Source: Chitinophaga pinensis
GTDB lineage: Bacteria > Bacteroidota > Bacteroidia > CAMBQF01
DNA length: 64,000 bases
Assembly: GCA_945869825.1 (NCBI GenBank)
Contig: CAMBQF010000001.1
Coordinates: 18,372-82,371 of the forward strand
Direction of reading: 5' to 3'
Below are positions 49,207 to 59,651 of this stretch, piece after piece. The notes under the pieces were generated by a model that searched no databases, had not been told where the DNA came from, and saw only the letters and a list, made by a program, of their open reading frames with translations. Within the stretch, counting starts at the first letter, position 1, and every line of letters begins with the position of its first letter. Both the position numbers and the translations under genes were made by a program.

Positions 49207-50859
49207 ATGCAATTAGGCTTTTTTGATTATGCCATTATAGTACTCTACTTTGTGTTTGTAATAGGTATAGGCTTTGTTATAAAACGCAAAATTAAAACCA
49301 GTGCCGATTTTTTATCGTCGGGCCGTAATATACCGTTGTGGATAACCAGCTTAGCATTTATATCGGCCAACCTGGGGGCACAAGAGGTGATAGGCATGGT
49401 GGCATCGGGCGCTAAGTATGGTATTATGACTGGCCATTTTTACTGGCTGGGCGCTATACCCGCCATGGTATTTTTAGGTGTATTTATGATGCCATTTTAC
49501 TATGGTAGCCTGGCACGGTCGGTACCCGAGTATTTAAAGCTGCGCTTTGACGAAAAGACAAGGGGTTTTAACGCATTATCATTTGCATTGATGACCATAT
49601 TTTCATCAGGTATATCGCTTTATGCATTGGCTATGCTGTTCCAGGCTATGTTGGGTTGGGAGTTCTCCTTCTCTATACTGATAGCCGCAGGTATAGTAAT
49701 GGCCTACACCTTTACGGGTGGGCTTACCAGCGCGGTGTATAACGAGACGTTGCAGTTTTTTTTGATAGTATTGGGCATAGCGCCAGTGGTGTTTATCGGG
49801 CTGCACGAAGTTGGCGGCTGGCAGGGCCTTGTGGCCAACCTGCCCGACAGTATGACCCACACCTGGAAACATATAGCCAGCGAGAGCGATAACGCTATGG
49901 GTGTAAACTGGTGGCAAATGGCTATGGGGCTTGGTTTTGTGCTGTCATTCGGCTACTGGTGTACCGACTTTTTGGTGGTACAGCGCGCCATGATAGCCCG
50001 CAACATGAACGAGGCCCAACGTACGCCTATTATTGCCGCATTGCCCAAAATGCTAATGCCGTTGATAGTAATATTGCCCGGCATGATAGCCGTGGCGCTG
50101 TTTAACTCAGGCTACGATTTGCCATTGCCGCTAAAGCCCGACGGAAGCACCAACTACGACCGTATACTGCCCGATATGATAGCCCATTTTTACCCCAACG
50201 GTTTGTTAGGTTTGGGGTTGACGGCCCTGCTGGCATCATTCATGAGCGGGATGGCAGGTAATGTTACCGCCTTTAATTCGGTGTTTACATTTGATATTTA
50301 TCAAGCCTACATAAAAAAAGGCGCCAGCGACGAGCACTACCTTAGGGTAGGTAAGCTTACTACTATTGTTGGTATTGTTTTATCAGTAGGAACAGCTTAC
50401 CTGGCGCAGCAGTTTAACAACATTATGGACTTTTTGCAGCTGGTGTTTGGCTTTGTAAACGCGCCACTGTTTGCCACCTTCTTTTTAGGCATGTTTTGGA
50501 AACGCACCACAGCCAACGGTGCTTTTTGGGGTTTGATAGCCGGCACTGCGGCTGCTGCCCTAACCCACGGCATAACGCTAGCCGAAAATAAAGGGGCGTG
50601 GCTGGGCAATGTTCACGAGTTTAAATCGACTATGGGGCAGGCATTTATGATTGCCATTGCCGCCTTTACGGTATGTTTTGTGTTTACTGCAGTAATAAGC
50701 CTCTTTACCAAGCCACGGGCCGAAGAGGAACTGAAAGGGCTGGTGTACAGCCTGACGCCCAAACAACAGTTTGAGGGGGTAACATGGTTGAAAAACCCGT
50801 TGATATTAGGTGCTATCATATTGTTTTTAACGCTGCTTATCAATATATTTTTGTTTTAA
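49207..50859 (+). CDS. sodium:solute symporter family transporter
   Basis: Start MQLGFFDY...; SSF signature region (GRNIPLWITSLAFISANLG), ~13 TM. Confidence 0.8.
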   Translation: MQLGFFDYAIIVLYFVFVIGIGFVIKRKIKTSADFLSSGRNIPLWITSLAFISANLGAQEVIGMVASGAKYGIMTGHFYWLGAIPAMVFLGVFMMPFYYGSLARSVPEYLKLRFDEKTRGFNALSFALMTIFSSGISLYALAMLFQAMLGWEFSFSILIAAGIVMAYTFTGGLTSAVYNETLQFFLIVLGIAPVVFIGLHEVGGWQGLVANLPDSMTHTWKHIASESDNAMGVNWWQMAMGLGFVLSFGYWCTDFLVVQRAMIARNMNEAQRTPIIAALPKMLMPLIVILPGMIAVALFNSGYDLPLPLKPDGSTNYDRILPDMIAHFYPNGLLGLGLTALLASFMSGMAGNVTAFNSVFTFDIYQAYIKKGASDEHYLRVGKLTTIVGIVLSVGTAYLAQQFNNIMDFLQLVFGFVNAPLFATFFLGMFWKRTTANGAFWGLIAGTAAAALTHGITLAENKGAWLGNVHEFKSTMGQAFMIAIAAFTVCFVFTAVISLFTKPRAEEELKGLVYSLTPKQQFEGVTWLKNPLILGAIILFLTLLINIFLF

Positions 50860-51056
50860 TGAACCGCTTTACAGACCTCCGTTTTGTTATAGGCCTATTT
50901 ATAGGCATAGTAGGCTTGATATTACTTGCAGCCTCGTTTATAGCGGCACCCCGCAACGATTGGGATAACCAAATGAACCTTTATTCAGGAATTTTTATCT
51001 TAATTGTATCGCTTGGCATGCTTTTAGCTGCATTCCGCCAAAAACAGGTTGAATAA
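50859..51056 (+). CDS. small 2-TM membrane protein translationally coupled to symporter
   Basis: ATG overlaps symporter stop (TAATG); 65 aa, two hydrophobic helices. Confidence 0.4.
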   Translation: MNRFTDLRFVIGLFIGIVGLILLAASFIAAPRNDWDNQMNLYSGIFILIVSLGMLLAAFRQKQVE

Positions 51057-51098
51057 TATCAACCTGAAACATTTATTTTTGCATCAAGTTATACAGGT

Positions 51099-51524
51099 AT
51101 GAAAAAGCACGCCCATTATTTATTTAAATCGAGCATTGTTGCTATTGTGGTAGCTATAACTCTAATATCTTGCGAAACAGGCGACCCCGTGGGCCCTACA
51201 GACGCCCGCGATAATTACCTTGGCCAATGGTTTTGTACTGAAACTCCAGTAAACCCATCGGGCAGCAACGTTACGTTTAACGTTAATATTACCAAAGACG
51301 TAAACGATACCACAAAAATCAAAATAAGCAATTTTAGTAGTTTAACAGGGTTTACGGTAGCAACAGTAAATGGCAACTCTATGTCTATAGCATCGCAAAA
51401 TGTTGATGGCAATACCGTATCGGGCAGCGGAAACTACAGCCCCGGTACTGATAAAATAAACCTGTCGTACGCTGTAAACAACGGGCTAACTAACCAAACG
51501 TATACAGCTGTTTACAGTAAATAA
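51099..51524 (+). CDS. hypothetical lipoprotein
   Basis: Signal + LISCETG lipobox-like. Confidence 0.35.
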   Translation: MKKHAHYLFKSSIVAIVVAITLISCETGDPVGPTDARDNYLGQWFCTETPVNPSGSNVTFNVNITKDVNDTTKIKISNFSSLTGFTVATVNGNSMSIASQNVDGNTVSGSGNYSPGTDKINLSYAVNNGLTNQTYTAVYSK

Positions 51525-51543
51525 TATTTTTTCAGTTCTTATT

Positions 51544-52989
51544 ATGGCAAAACGTTTATTTGCAGCAATTCTATTTTCGCTGGTTCTTACTTCGGCCTTT
51601 GCCCAAACAAAGGGGCATAACCTTACTTTTAAAGTAAAAGGAATTAAAGACAACTATGTGCGCCTGGCTTTTTACCTGGGCGATAAGCAGTATGTTGAAG
51701 ACAGCGCCAGGGCCGATGCCAACGGCGTGGTTAACTTTAAAGGCGATGCGGCATTAGAGCCCGGTATTTACATTTTGGCGTATACCAAAACCAACAAGTA
51801 TTTTGAACTGTTGGTGAACGAAAACGAACAGGAGTTTACCCTGGAAACCGATACGGTAGAGCCTATTAAGCGTATGAAAGTAAAAAACAGCAACGACAAC
51901 CGGCTGTTTTATGAATACCTGAACTTTGTGAACGGCAAGCAAGACCTTGTAAAGCCCTACCAAGATAAGTTTAAAACCTTTAAGGCAACCAATAAAGACT
52001 CTGCCGAGGTATACCGCAAAAAGCTGGCGCAAATAGATAAAGAAGTAAAAGAATATAAGATGCGCATAATGGCTACAGAGCCTAAAAGCTTTTTGGCAAC
52101 AATCTTTAGCGCATCGTGGGAGCCAGAGATACCCGATAACCCCAACCCGAAAGATTCAACATTTGCTTACCGCTACTACAAAGGCCATTTTTGGGATAAA
52201 TTCCCCTTTGCTGATAAGCGCGTGATACGCACACCGGTGCTGCAAAGCAAAATACGCCAGTACCTTGATAAGCTTACGCCCCAAACACCCGACTCTATTA
52301 ACTTATCAGTTAGTTTAGTAGGCGATAAATCGGAGGCTAATAAAGATGTGTTTCATTTTGTGGTTAACTACATGACCAACTACTACGAAACATCAAAAAC
52401 AATGGGCTTCGACGCGGTGTTTGTGCACCTGGCCAAGCGCTACTATTTAACCGGTAAGGCTGACTGGGTAGACTCTACCCAACGCGCTAATATTAAAGAG
52501 CGTGTAATAATATGGGAGCCGATACTTATTGGCAAACCGGCATTGGAACTAACCCTGCCCGATACAACAGGCAAAGAGATTAAGCTATCTACCGTTAAGG
52601 GCGATTTTACCATCCTGTTCTTTTGGGACCCTACCTGCGGGCATTGTAAAAAAGAGGCCCCTAAACTGGTTGACCTATACAAACGTGCAAAATCGCTGGG
52701 TGTTGAGGTGTATGGTATAGCATCGGGCGGAACGATGGAAGATTGGAAAAAGGAGATACGCACCTTTGGCATGAACTGGATAAACGTATACGATGATTTG
52801 GGCTACCGTAAGTATTATGATGTGCAAACCACACCTATGATTTACCTGCTGGATAAAGGTAAAATTATCCGCGCCAAAAAGCTGGATAGCCCGCAGTTGA
52901 ACGACTTTTTAGTGAAGCAATATAAGCTTAAGATACCCCCATCTACCCTGCCAAAAACCAAGGATGATGATGAGCATGAGGGGCACTAG
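51544..52989 (+). CDS. thioredoxin-fold TlpA/AhpC-TSA family thiol:disulfide oxidoreductase with N-terminal extension domain
   Basis: WDPTCGHCKKEAP CxxC motif in C-terminal ~150 aa; signal peptide. Confidence 0.6.
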   Translation: MAKRLFAAILFSLVLTSAFAQTKGHNLTFKVKGIKDNYVRLAFYLGDKQYVEDSARADANGVVNFKGDAALEPGIYILAYTKTNKYFELLVNENEQEFTLETDTVEPIKRMKVKNSNDNRLFYEYLNFVNGKQDLVKPYQDKFKTFKATNKDSAEVYRKKLAQIDKEVKEYKMRIMATEPKSFLATIFSASWEPEIPDNPNPKDSTFAYRYYKGHFWDKFPFADKRVIRTPVLQSKIRQYLDKLTPQTPDSINLSVSLVGDKSEANKDVFHFVVNYMTNYYETSKTMGFDAVFVHLAKRYYLTGKADWVDSTQRANIKERVIIWEPILIGKPALELTLPDTTGKEIKLSTVKGDFTILFFWDPTCGHCKKEAPKLVDLYKRAKSLGVEVYGIASGGTMEDWKKEIRTFGMNWINVYDDLGYRKYYDVQTTPMIYLLDKGKIIRAKKLDSPQLNDFLVKQYKLKIPPSTLPKTKDDDEHEGH

Positions 52990-53100
52990 GGAGTGAATAA
53001 GTGGCGTGTGGCGAAGTTAATGGCCTAAGATTGTTTAGAGATATAGTACAAAAATTAGCTAATTGGTAAATTCTGGTTAGCTATTTTTTTTTGGAATAAA

Positions 53101-53472
53101 CTACCGGCCGATTTTAGAAAAGCCTTGCTGGCGCTCTATATAGTTGGGGTTGTTTACTATAACGGCGAAGAATTTATCAAATTCAACCTCGCTTAAGCGG
53201 CGGGCGGTAGCATGTTGTACCATGTAAAACACCTGGCCATTGCGTATTTTTTTGCGGAAATAATAGGTGCGGCCCGTGCTGAAATCTTTATAATCCTTCA
53301 TGCAGCAAGCCTTAGGCAGGTGTGGAAAGGCCAGGCATAGCAATCCACCAATAAGAGGTGTTAACGCTATGCAAAGCAGCAGCGCAATAGGAAAACCTAT
53401 TTTACGTTCGTACCCTACCGCCACAGCGGTAATGATAGAAACCATAAGGTATATGGGGATAAGGAATTCCAT
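53101..53472 (-). CDS. hypothetical membrane protein
   Basis: ORF with 2–3 TM helices. Confidence 0.3.
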   Translation of the reverse strand: MEFLIPIYLMVSIITAVAVGYERKIGFPIALLLCIALTPLIGGLLCLAFPHLPKACCMKDYKDFSTGRTYYFRKKIRNGQVFYMVQHATARRLSEVEFDKFFAVIVNNPNYIERQQGFSKIGR

Positions 53473-53545
53473 TGGCTAAATATATAAACGCACGAGCCAA
53501 TAAAAAAGTTTAATTTTAAAAATGAACTTAGCCGGCTAAATTATC

Positions 53546-54106
53546 TTATTTTCTCTCAGGTAGAATTCGCTTAATTTTTTCAATATTGTCGGTAGATATA
53601 ATTGTTCCATCCATGAACTCCAATTCAATTCCTGTTATTTGCATATGAGTTATTGAGCTATTATACCAAATGCATTCCCAAGTAGTATCATATCCATAAA
53701 TAGCTCCGGGTTTAATTGGACCAGTAACCCTGACTATTTTATCTGTTTCATTACCTATTTCACTAGATACCATATCTTCTACTGCATTATACGGAGCAAT
53801 TGTAAATCTTGCATATTTAATTGTTTTATCAGATTTATTCTTCCAAATAATGTTTGCATCAACTCCTCCTGCTGAATTTGGTCGAGATGTAAAATATTTT
53901 ATGATGAAAATACTTGATGCTATTTTATCTGCATCTTCATTCTTTTCCTGTTCTACGATTTTTTTTAATTCATTGTAAATTGAATCATGTGTCGCGATAG
54001 AATCGGCTTTAGCTTTTAGATTATCTTCTTCTTTTGGTTTATCGTTTGGTTGGCATGCTATAAGCGTTAGAAATATAATAGAAAAAAATTGGGATAATTT
54101 TTTCAT
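53546..54106 (-). CDS. hypothetical lipoprotein (AT-rich gene)
   Basis: Signal + LIAC lipobox; markedly AT-rich codon usage relative to neighbours. Confidence 0.35.
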   Translation of the reverse strand: MKKLSQFFSIIFLTLIACQPNDKPKEEDNLKAKADSIATHDSIYNELKKIVEQEKNEDADKIASSIFIIKYFTSRPNSAGGVDANIIWKNKSDKTIKYARFTIAPYNAVEDMVSSEIGNETDKIVRVTGPIKPGAIYGYDTTWECIWYNSSITHMQITGIELEFMDGTIISTDNIEKIKRILPERK

Positions 54107-54208
54107 AGATTTAATTTTTGATCTTTAAAATTGTACTTTTCAAAAAATAGTTTGAATATAATTTGTAGATTTTATTAGGTAGTTGTTAATATACACTCAT
54201 GAATTAAT

Positions 54209-54847
54209 CTAAACAACCTTCTTTTTATACTGCTCAATTTCCAGAACTGCCTGGCAAAAGCCCGACTCCTCATCGTGCCTGTTGGAACACACCATAACCA
54301 AGCGGTTTTGCATTTGCGGCAATAGCAGGTTTTTAAACCATTCCACGCCTTTTTTATCCAGGTTGCTGCCGGGTTCGTCCAGCAACAGCAGGGGCGTGTC
54401 AGCCAAAATAGCCATAGCCAGTTTGGCGCGTTGCTTCATACCCGACGAATAGTATTTTAAGGCCTTATTAGCCGCTTTAGGCAACTCTATAAGCTCTATA
54501 ATATCTTTACTGGCAAGGCCGTTTACAAAGGGCTTAAACTTAGCCTGAAAGGCAATGGTCTCGGCCAGTGTAAAATCATCAAACAAACTTTGGTAAGGGG
54601 CACACAGCGATACCAAGCTGTACACAGCATCCTTATCAATCTTCTTCCCATTAAAGGTATAGTCCAATGTGCCTTCTGAGGCATACGAAGAGCCGGCAAC
54701 CATTTTTAAAAACGTAGACTTGCCCGACCCATTGCCACCCAACACCGCCAGCGACTGCCCGCTGGAGAGTTCAAGGCTTAGGCCACGAAAAATCCAATCG
54801 AAATTGTAGCTTTTGCCAACGTTGTTAAGGGTAAGCTGAAGTGCCAT
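54209..54847 (-). CDS. ABC transporter ATP-binding protein
   Basis: Walker A GGNGSGKST, signature-like YSSGMKQR, Walker B LLLDEP. Confidence 0.7.
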   Translation of the reverse strand: MALQLTLNNVGKSYNFDWIFRGLSLELSSGQSLAVLGGNGSGKSTFLKMVAGSSYASEGTLDYTFNGKKIDKDAVYSLVSLCAPYQSLFDDFTLAETIAFQAKFKPFVNGLASKDIIELIELPKAANKALKYYSSGMKQRAKLAMAILADTPLLLLDEPGSNLDKKGVEWFKNLLLPQMQNRLVMVCSNRHDEESGFCQAVLEIEQYKKKVV

Positions 54848-54850
54848 AAT

Positions 54851-55636
54851 CTATTCAGAGAAATAGCCTTTCATAATACCCCGCTTAGAGTTTTTGATAA
54901 ACTCCAGTATCTCGTCGCGCTCGGGTGTAACCAACACATCAGTTTCAATAACCTCAACTGCTTTGGTAACATTCAACCCCCGCACATACAGGTAGCGGTA
55001 TATATCCTGAATCTGGTTAATCTTTTCGGCACTATAGCCCCTGCGGCGCAGGCCTATAGAGTTTACCCCCGCATATTGCAGTGGGTGGCGCGCACCTTTA
55101 ACATAGGGCGGAACGTCTTTATCAATCAACGAGCCCCCTGAAATCATGGTATGCTGCCCGATGTTTACAAACTGGTGCAAGGCGCTAAGGCCGCCAATAA
55201 TGGCATAATCGCCAATAATAACGTGGCCCCCAAGGGTAACGCCGTTGGCTAAAATGGCGTTATCGCCCACAATACAATCGTGTGCAATGTGCACATAGGC
55301 CATAAGCAATACGTTGCTGCCTACTACTGTTTTCCAACGGTCTTTAGTGCCGCGGTTAACGGTAACAAACTCGCGTATAGTGGTATTGTCGCCAATAATG
55401 GCCAGGGTATCTTCGCCCTCAAATTTTAAATCTTGCGGAATGGCCGATATAACAGCCCCGGGGAATATACGGCAGTTTTTGCCAATGCGCGCCCCATCCA
55501 TAATGGTAACGTTAGAGCCTATCCATGTACCAGCACCAATCTCAACATTGCCATGTATAACCGCAAAGGGGTCAATAATAACGCTGGGCGCTATTTTAGC
55601 GGCAGGGTTGATGTATGCCAGGGGCTGTATGCTCAT
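54851..55636 (-). CDS. lpxA: acyl-ACP--UDP-N-acetylglucosamine O-acyltransferase
   Basis: Left-handed beta-helix hexapeptide repeats; LpxA-like N-terminus and length. Confidence 0.9.
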   Translation of the reverse strand: MSIQPLAYINPAAKIAPSVIIDPFAVIHGNVEIGAGTWIGSNVTIMDGARIGKNCRIFPGAVISAIPQDLKFEGEDTLAIIGDNTTIREFVTVNRGTKDRWKTVVGSNVLLMAYVHIAHDCIVGDNAILANGVTLGGHVIIGDYAIIGGLSALHQFVNIGQHTMISGGSLIDKDVPPYVKGARHPLQYAGVNSIGLRRRGYSAEKINQIQDIYRYLYVRGLNVTKAVEVIETDVLVTPERDEILEFIKNSKRGIMKGYFSE

Positions 55637-57045
55637 TATTTACCTGTATTTTTTTCTTTAGTTACCAGCGCCATAAGGTCAGCTTCCATTACCAGTTTAT
55701 TGCCCACAAAGGCTTCGCCGTGCATTTGAACGATACCGCGGCGTATAGGTTCTGTCAAAATCAACTTAAATACCAGCGTGTCGCCGGGCACTACTTTGTC
55801 TTTAAACTTAACTCCGTCTATCTTCAAAAAGTAGGTAGAGTAGTTTTCAGGGTCGGGCACGGTGCTAAGGGCAAGTATGCCACCAGCCTGCGCCATGGCT
55901 TCTATCTGCAATACACCGGGCATTACGGGGTTACCGGGAAAGTGGCCTTCAAAAAAAGGCTCGTTCATGGTAACACTTTTCACCCCCACCACATGGCTTT
56001 CGCCCATGTCAATAATCTTGTCTACCAACAAAAACGGCGGACGGTGCGGCAGTATAGCCATTATACGGTTTATATCGTACAACGGAGTCTCATTAGGGTT
56101 GTAAGCCGGGGCTTGCGTTTTTTGCTTGGCCTGCTTTTTCATTTCGGCCTTTACCAGCTTGGCGAACGATACGTTAGCCGCATGCCCCGGGCGTGTAGCA
56201 AAAACGTGGGCCTTAAGCCTTTTGCCAAGTAGGGCAAGGTCGCCAACAATATCAAGCAGTTTATGGCGGGCAGGCTCGTTATCAAAATGGGTGGTAACGT
56301 TGTTTATGTAGCCTTTGTTAACCTCAATATTAGCCATTTGTGGGAATGCCTTGTGCAGGTAGCCCATGTCGGCTTCGGCCAGGGGGCGGTCGGCAATTAC
56401 AAGGGCGTTGTTTACATCACCGCCTTTTATCAGGTTGTTCTCTATAAGGGCTTTAAGCTCGTGCAGAAAAACAAAGGTGCGGCAGGCCGAAACCTCCGTT
56501 TTAAAATCGGCCAGGTTGGTAAGGGTAGCATATTGCAGCCCCACCACCGGCGATTTATAATCTACCATAACCGTAAGGCGGAAGCTATCGGCCGGTATGG
56601 CCATAATCTCTACACCGCGCTCTGCATCAGTATACGTAATAGTTTCTTTTAGTTCGATGTATTGGCGGTCTGCGGCTTGTTCGGTTAACCCTGCTTTTTC
56701 AAACGCATCAACAAAAGGCTTAGAACTACCATCTAAAATAGGCACTTCCGGGCCGTTAATGTCAATTAGGGCATTATCAATACCTGTACCTGCCAGAGCC
56801 GCCATGCAATGCTCTATGGTAGATATTGACGCACCATCAATAGCAATGGTAGTGCTGCGCTCCAGTGCCGTTACAAAATCAACATCGGCTTTTACGGTAG
56901 GCTTGCCTTCAATATCGGTACGGCAAAAAACAATGCCGTGGTTTTCGGGTGCGGGGTTAAGGGTAATAGTAACCTCTTGCCCAGTATGCAGGCCTTTGCC
57001 GGTAAGGGTAACGGGTGCTGCCAGTGTATGTTGCTTATCGCTCAT
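55636..57045 (-). CDS. lpxC: bifunctional UDP-3-O-acyl-N-acetylglucosamine deacetylase / 3-hydroxyacyl-ACP dehydratase
   Basis: N-terminal LpxC fold (TLTGKGLHTGQ...), C-terminal FabZ hotdog domain (...GHFPGNPVMPGVL); fusion typical of Bacteroidetes. Confidence 0.9.
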   Translation of the reverse strand: MSDKQHTLAAPVTLTGKGLHTGQEVTITLNPAPENHGIVFCRTDIEGKPTVKADVDFVTALERSTTIAIDGASISTIEHCMAALAGTGIDNALIDINGPEVPILDGSSKPFVDAFEKAGLTEQAADRQYIELKETITYTDAERGVEIMAIPADSFRLTVMVDYKSPVVGLQYATLTNLADFKTEVSACRTFVFLHELKALIENNLIKGGDVNNALVIADRPLAEADMGYLHKAFPQMANIEVNKGYINNVTTHFDNEPARHKLLDIVGDLALLGKRLKAHVFATRPGHAANVSFAKLVKAEMKKQAKQKTQAPAYNPNETPLYDINRIMAILPHRPPFLLVDKIIDMGESHVVGVKSVTMNEPFFEGHFPGNPVMPGVLQIEAMAQAGGILALSTVPDPENYSTYFLKIDGVKFKDKVVPGDTLVFKLILTEPIRRGIVQMHGEAFVGNKLVMEADLMALVTKEKNTGK

Positions 57046-57051
57046 GTATCG

Positions 57052-58095
57052 TTATGCCGATTTTGCTTTAAGTTCTTTCAATTCTTTTTCCAGCAGTGCT
57101 ATGCGCTGCATTAAGTCGGGCAATTTACGGAAACCAACGTAAGCACGGCGGTATTCACCAACTGCAAATGCGGGCGAGCCCTGCATTATTTCCCCTTCCT
57201 TATCAATATTGTTGCCAATACCGCTTTGGGCGGCAATTTTAACACCATCGGCAATTACCAGGTGGCCTATTATGCCCACCTGCCCGCCTATCATGCAGTT
57301 TTTACCAATTTTGGTAGAGCCGGCTACGCCCGTTTGCGCAGCAATAACGGTGTTTTCGCCAATCTCTACGTTGTGGGCTATCTGTATCAGGTTATCCAGC
57401 TTTACGCCTTTGCGGATTATGGTAGACCCTAACGTTGCCCTGTCGATAGTGGTATTAGCGCCCACCTCTACATGGTCTTCTATAATTACGTTGCCTATTT
57501 GCGGCACCTTATTATAGTTATTTTCGCTGTTGGGGGCAAAGCCAAAGCCGTCGCCACCAATAATAACGCCTGAGTGCAGGGTAACATTAGCTCCAATTTT
57601 ACATTCGGCATAAACCTTTACGCCCGGGTACAGCACGGTATTATCGCCAATAACCACGTTGTTGCCCACGTAGCTGCCGGGGTATATTTTCACGTTTTTG
57701 CCCAGTTGGGCATTTTCGCCAATGTAGGCAAACGCGCCAAGGTAAAGCCCATCGCCAACGGTGGCGGTGGTAGCTATAAACGATGGCTGCTCTATAGCCG
57801 CCTGTGCCTGTTGGTGCTGGTTGTAAACCGCCAATAGCTTTGCAAACGCCTGGTAAGCATCGGGCACGCGGATTAGCGTTGTGCTAACCGGTTGCTCGGC
57901 CAAAAAATCGGCATTTACAATAACTACCGATGCCTTTGTGGTATAGATGTAATCGGCATACTTAGGGTTGGCAAGAAAGGATAGCGCACCTGGCGCACCC
58001 TCTTCAATTTTAGCAACGGTGCTAACCACAGCCGACGAATCGCCCTCAACGGTTCCTTGTATAAGCTTGGCTATATCGCCGGCGGTAAACTTCAT
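57052..58095 (-). CDS. lpxD: UDP-3-O-(3-hydroxyacyl)glucosamine N-acyltransferase
   Basis: LpxD N-domain + hexapeptide repeats. Confidence 0.85.
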   Translation of the reverse strand: MKFTAGDIAKLIQGTVEGDSSAVVSTVAKIEEGAPGALSFLANPKYADYIYTTKASVVIVNADFLAEQPVSTTLIRVPDAYQAFAKLLAVYNQHQQAQAAIEQPSFIATTATVGDGLYLGAFAYIGENAQLGKNVKIYPGSYVGNNVVIGDNTVLYPGVKVYAECKIGANVTLHSGVIIGGDGFGFAPNSENNYNKVPQIGNVIIEDHVEVGANTTIDRATLGSTIIRKGVKLDNLIQIAHNVEIGENTVIAAQTGVAGSTKIGKNCMIGGQVGIIGHLVIADGVKIAAQSGIGNNIDKEGEIMQGSPAFAVGEYRRAYVGFRKLPDLMQRIALLEKELKELKAKSA

Positions 58096-58173
58096 TAAAA
58101 GCAAAAGTATGAAAAATCAGGGAATAGGGCACAGGGGTTAGGGTGTAGTAAATTAGTAAGGCTAAATAAATAC

Positions 58174-59532
58174 CTAGCCAACAATACCCTCTTTGGGAAT
58201 GATAAGTTTAATGCGCTTGATGCGCCTGTTATCTACCGACTCTATTTTGAATTTATAACCGTTAAAGTCAATCTCCTGGCCACGTACGGGCATGCTACCT
58301 GTTATTTCCAGTATAAAGCCTGCAATGGTTTCGCTTTCGCCTTTGGCTTTGTCAAACTCATCAGACTCTATACCAGTTACACGGTAAATATCGTTTAGCA
58401 GGGTTTTGCCTTCAAAAACAAAGTTATGGTCGTCTAAGCGGGTGTAGGTAATATCTTCCTCGTCAAACTCGTCGTTTATTTCTCCTACAATTTCTTCAAT
58501 AATATCTTCAAACGTAACAATACCGCTGGTTCCGCCATACTCGTCAACCACTACGGCCATGTGTATTTTTTTTGCCTGAAAGTCTTTCAGCAGGTCGTCA
58601 ATCTTCTTATTCTCAGGCACAAAAAAAGGCTTGCGTAACAGGGTTAGCCAGTCAAAATCATCGTGGCGTTGCAGGTGGGGCAATAGGTCTTTTATGTGCA
58701 ATATGCCAATAAGCTGGTCGAAGGTTTCTTTGTAAATAGGCACGCGCGAGTAACCATAATCTTTTACCTGCGCCAGCATCTCATCAAACGATGCGGATGT
58801 TTCTATAGCCTTAACATCAATACGGGGGCGCATTACCTGGGTAACCTCTATATTGCCAAAGTTTACAATGCCCCGTAGTATGTTGTTTTCGTCCTGGTCA
58901 AGGCTGTTTTCGTTGGTCATTTCCAGGGCCTGCGAAAGCTCATCCACCGAGAGGCTGGTGTTTTGTTTTACACGCTTATCTAAAAAGCCAGTACCCTTTA
59001 CCATTAAATAGCTTAGCGGGTTGAATATTTTCTGTATTACAAACAATGGGTAAGCAAAAAAGCGGGCTGTTTTTAGTGGGTTTTGGGTGGCATACACCTT
59101 AGGCATAACTTCGCCCACAAGTAAAATTACAAACGTAACGGCAATAACCTGTATAATAAGCTTGACGGTTTCATTATGAAACTCAAACGAAAGCTCAATA
59201 AGGATGGTAGATAAAACGGCAATGCCTACGTTAACAATGTTGTTGCCAATAAGTATGGTGGCTAATAGCTTTTTGGGCCTTTCCAAAAGTTCTTTTATAA
59301 GGGTAGAGGTGCTACTATCATCATTGTCTAAACTATCAGTATCGGCCGGGCCTAAAGAGAAAAATGCGTTTTCTGAAGCAGAGAAAAACATAGACCCCAC
59401 CAGCAGCAATAGCATAATGAGCCCGATAATAATAATACCGTAAGAGAAGGGCTTAACAGATATTTGCAGTATAACTGCAAACAGGGTTTGATAGGGGTGG
59501 GCTGATAATATACTTATACTACTGTCTTCCAA
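58174..59532 (-). CDS. hemolysin-family protein (DUF21/CNNM TM + CBS pair + CorC_HlyC); GldE-like
   Basis: N-terminal 4 TM domain, tandem CBS-like region, C-terminal CorC/HlyC-like domain. Confidence 0.65.
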   Translation of the reverse strand: MEDSSISILSAHPYQTLFAVILQISVKPFSYGIIIIGLIMLLLLVGSMFFSASENAFFSLGPADTDSLDNDDSSTSTLIKELLERPKKLLATILIGNNIVNVGIAVLSTILIELSFEFHNETVKLIIQVIAVTFVILLVGEVMPKVYATQNPLKTARFFAYPLFVIQKIFNPLSYLMVKGTGFLDKRVKQNTSLSVDELSQALEMTNENSLDQDENNILRGIVNFGNIEVTQVMRPRIDVKAIETSASFDEMLAQVKDYGYSRVPIYKETFDQLIGILHIKDLLPHLQRHDDFDWLTLLRKPFFVPENKKIDDLLKDFQAKKIHMAVVVDEYGGTSGIVTFEDIIEEIVGEINDEFDEEDITYTRLDDHNFVFEGKTLLNDIYRVTGIESDEFDKAKGESETIAGFILEITGSMPVRGQEIDFNGYKFKIESVDNRRIKRIKLIIPKEGIVG

Positions 59533-59584
59533 AATTTAGTGAATTGTACCTAAACAAAGATATAGAAAATCTGCAGGGTGTAAA

Positions 59585-59630
59585 CCAAAACAAAAAAGCT
59601 TATCAAACAAATAATGTTTAATAAGCTTTT
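59585..59630 (-). terminator. rho-independent terminator of ssb
   Basis: 10-bp stem AAAAGCTTAT/ATAAGCTTTT, followed on minus strand by U-rich tract. Confidence 0.5.
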
Positions 59631-59651
59631 AAGTAATTATTTATCAGTGCC

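Noticed and set aside
55636-57045. lpxC–fabZ fusion as a novelty
   Set aside because: This bifunctional arrangement is the established norm in Bacteroidetes.
55615-57142. Several 60–200-aa ORFs on the plus strand across lpxA and lpxC/fabZ
   Set aside because: They are antisense to highly confident lipid-A genes.
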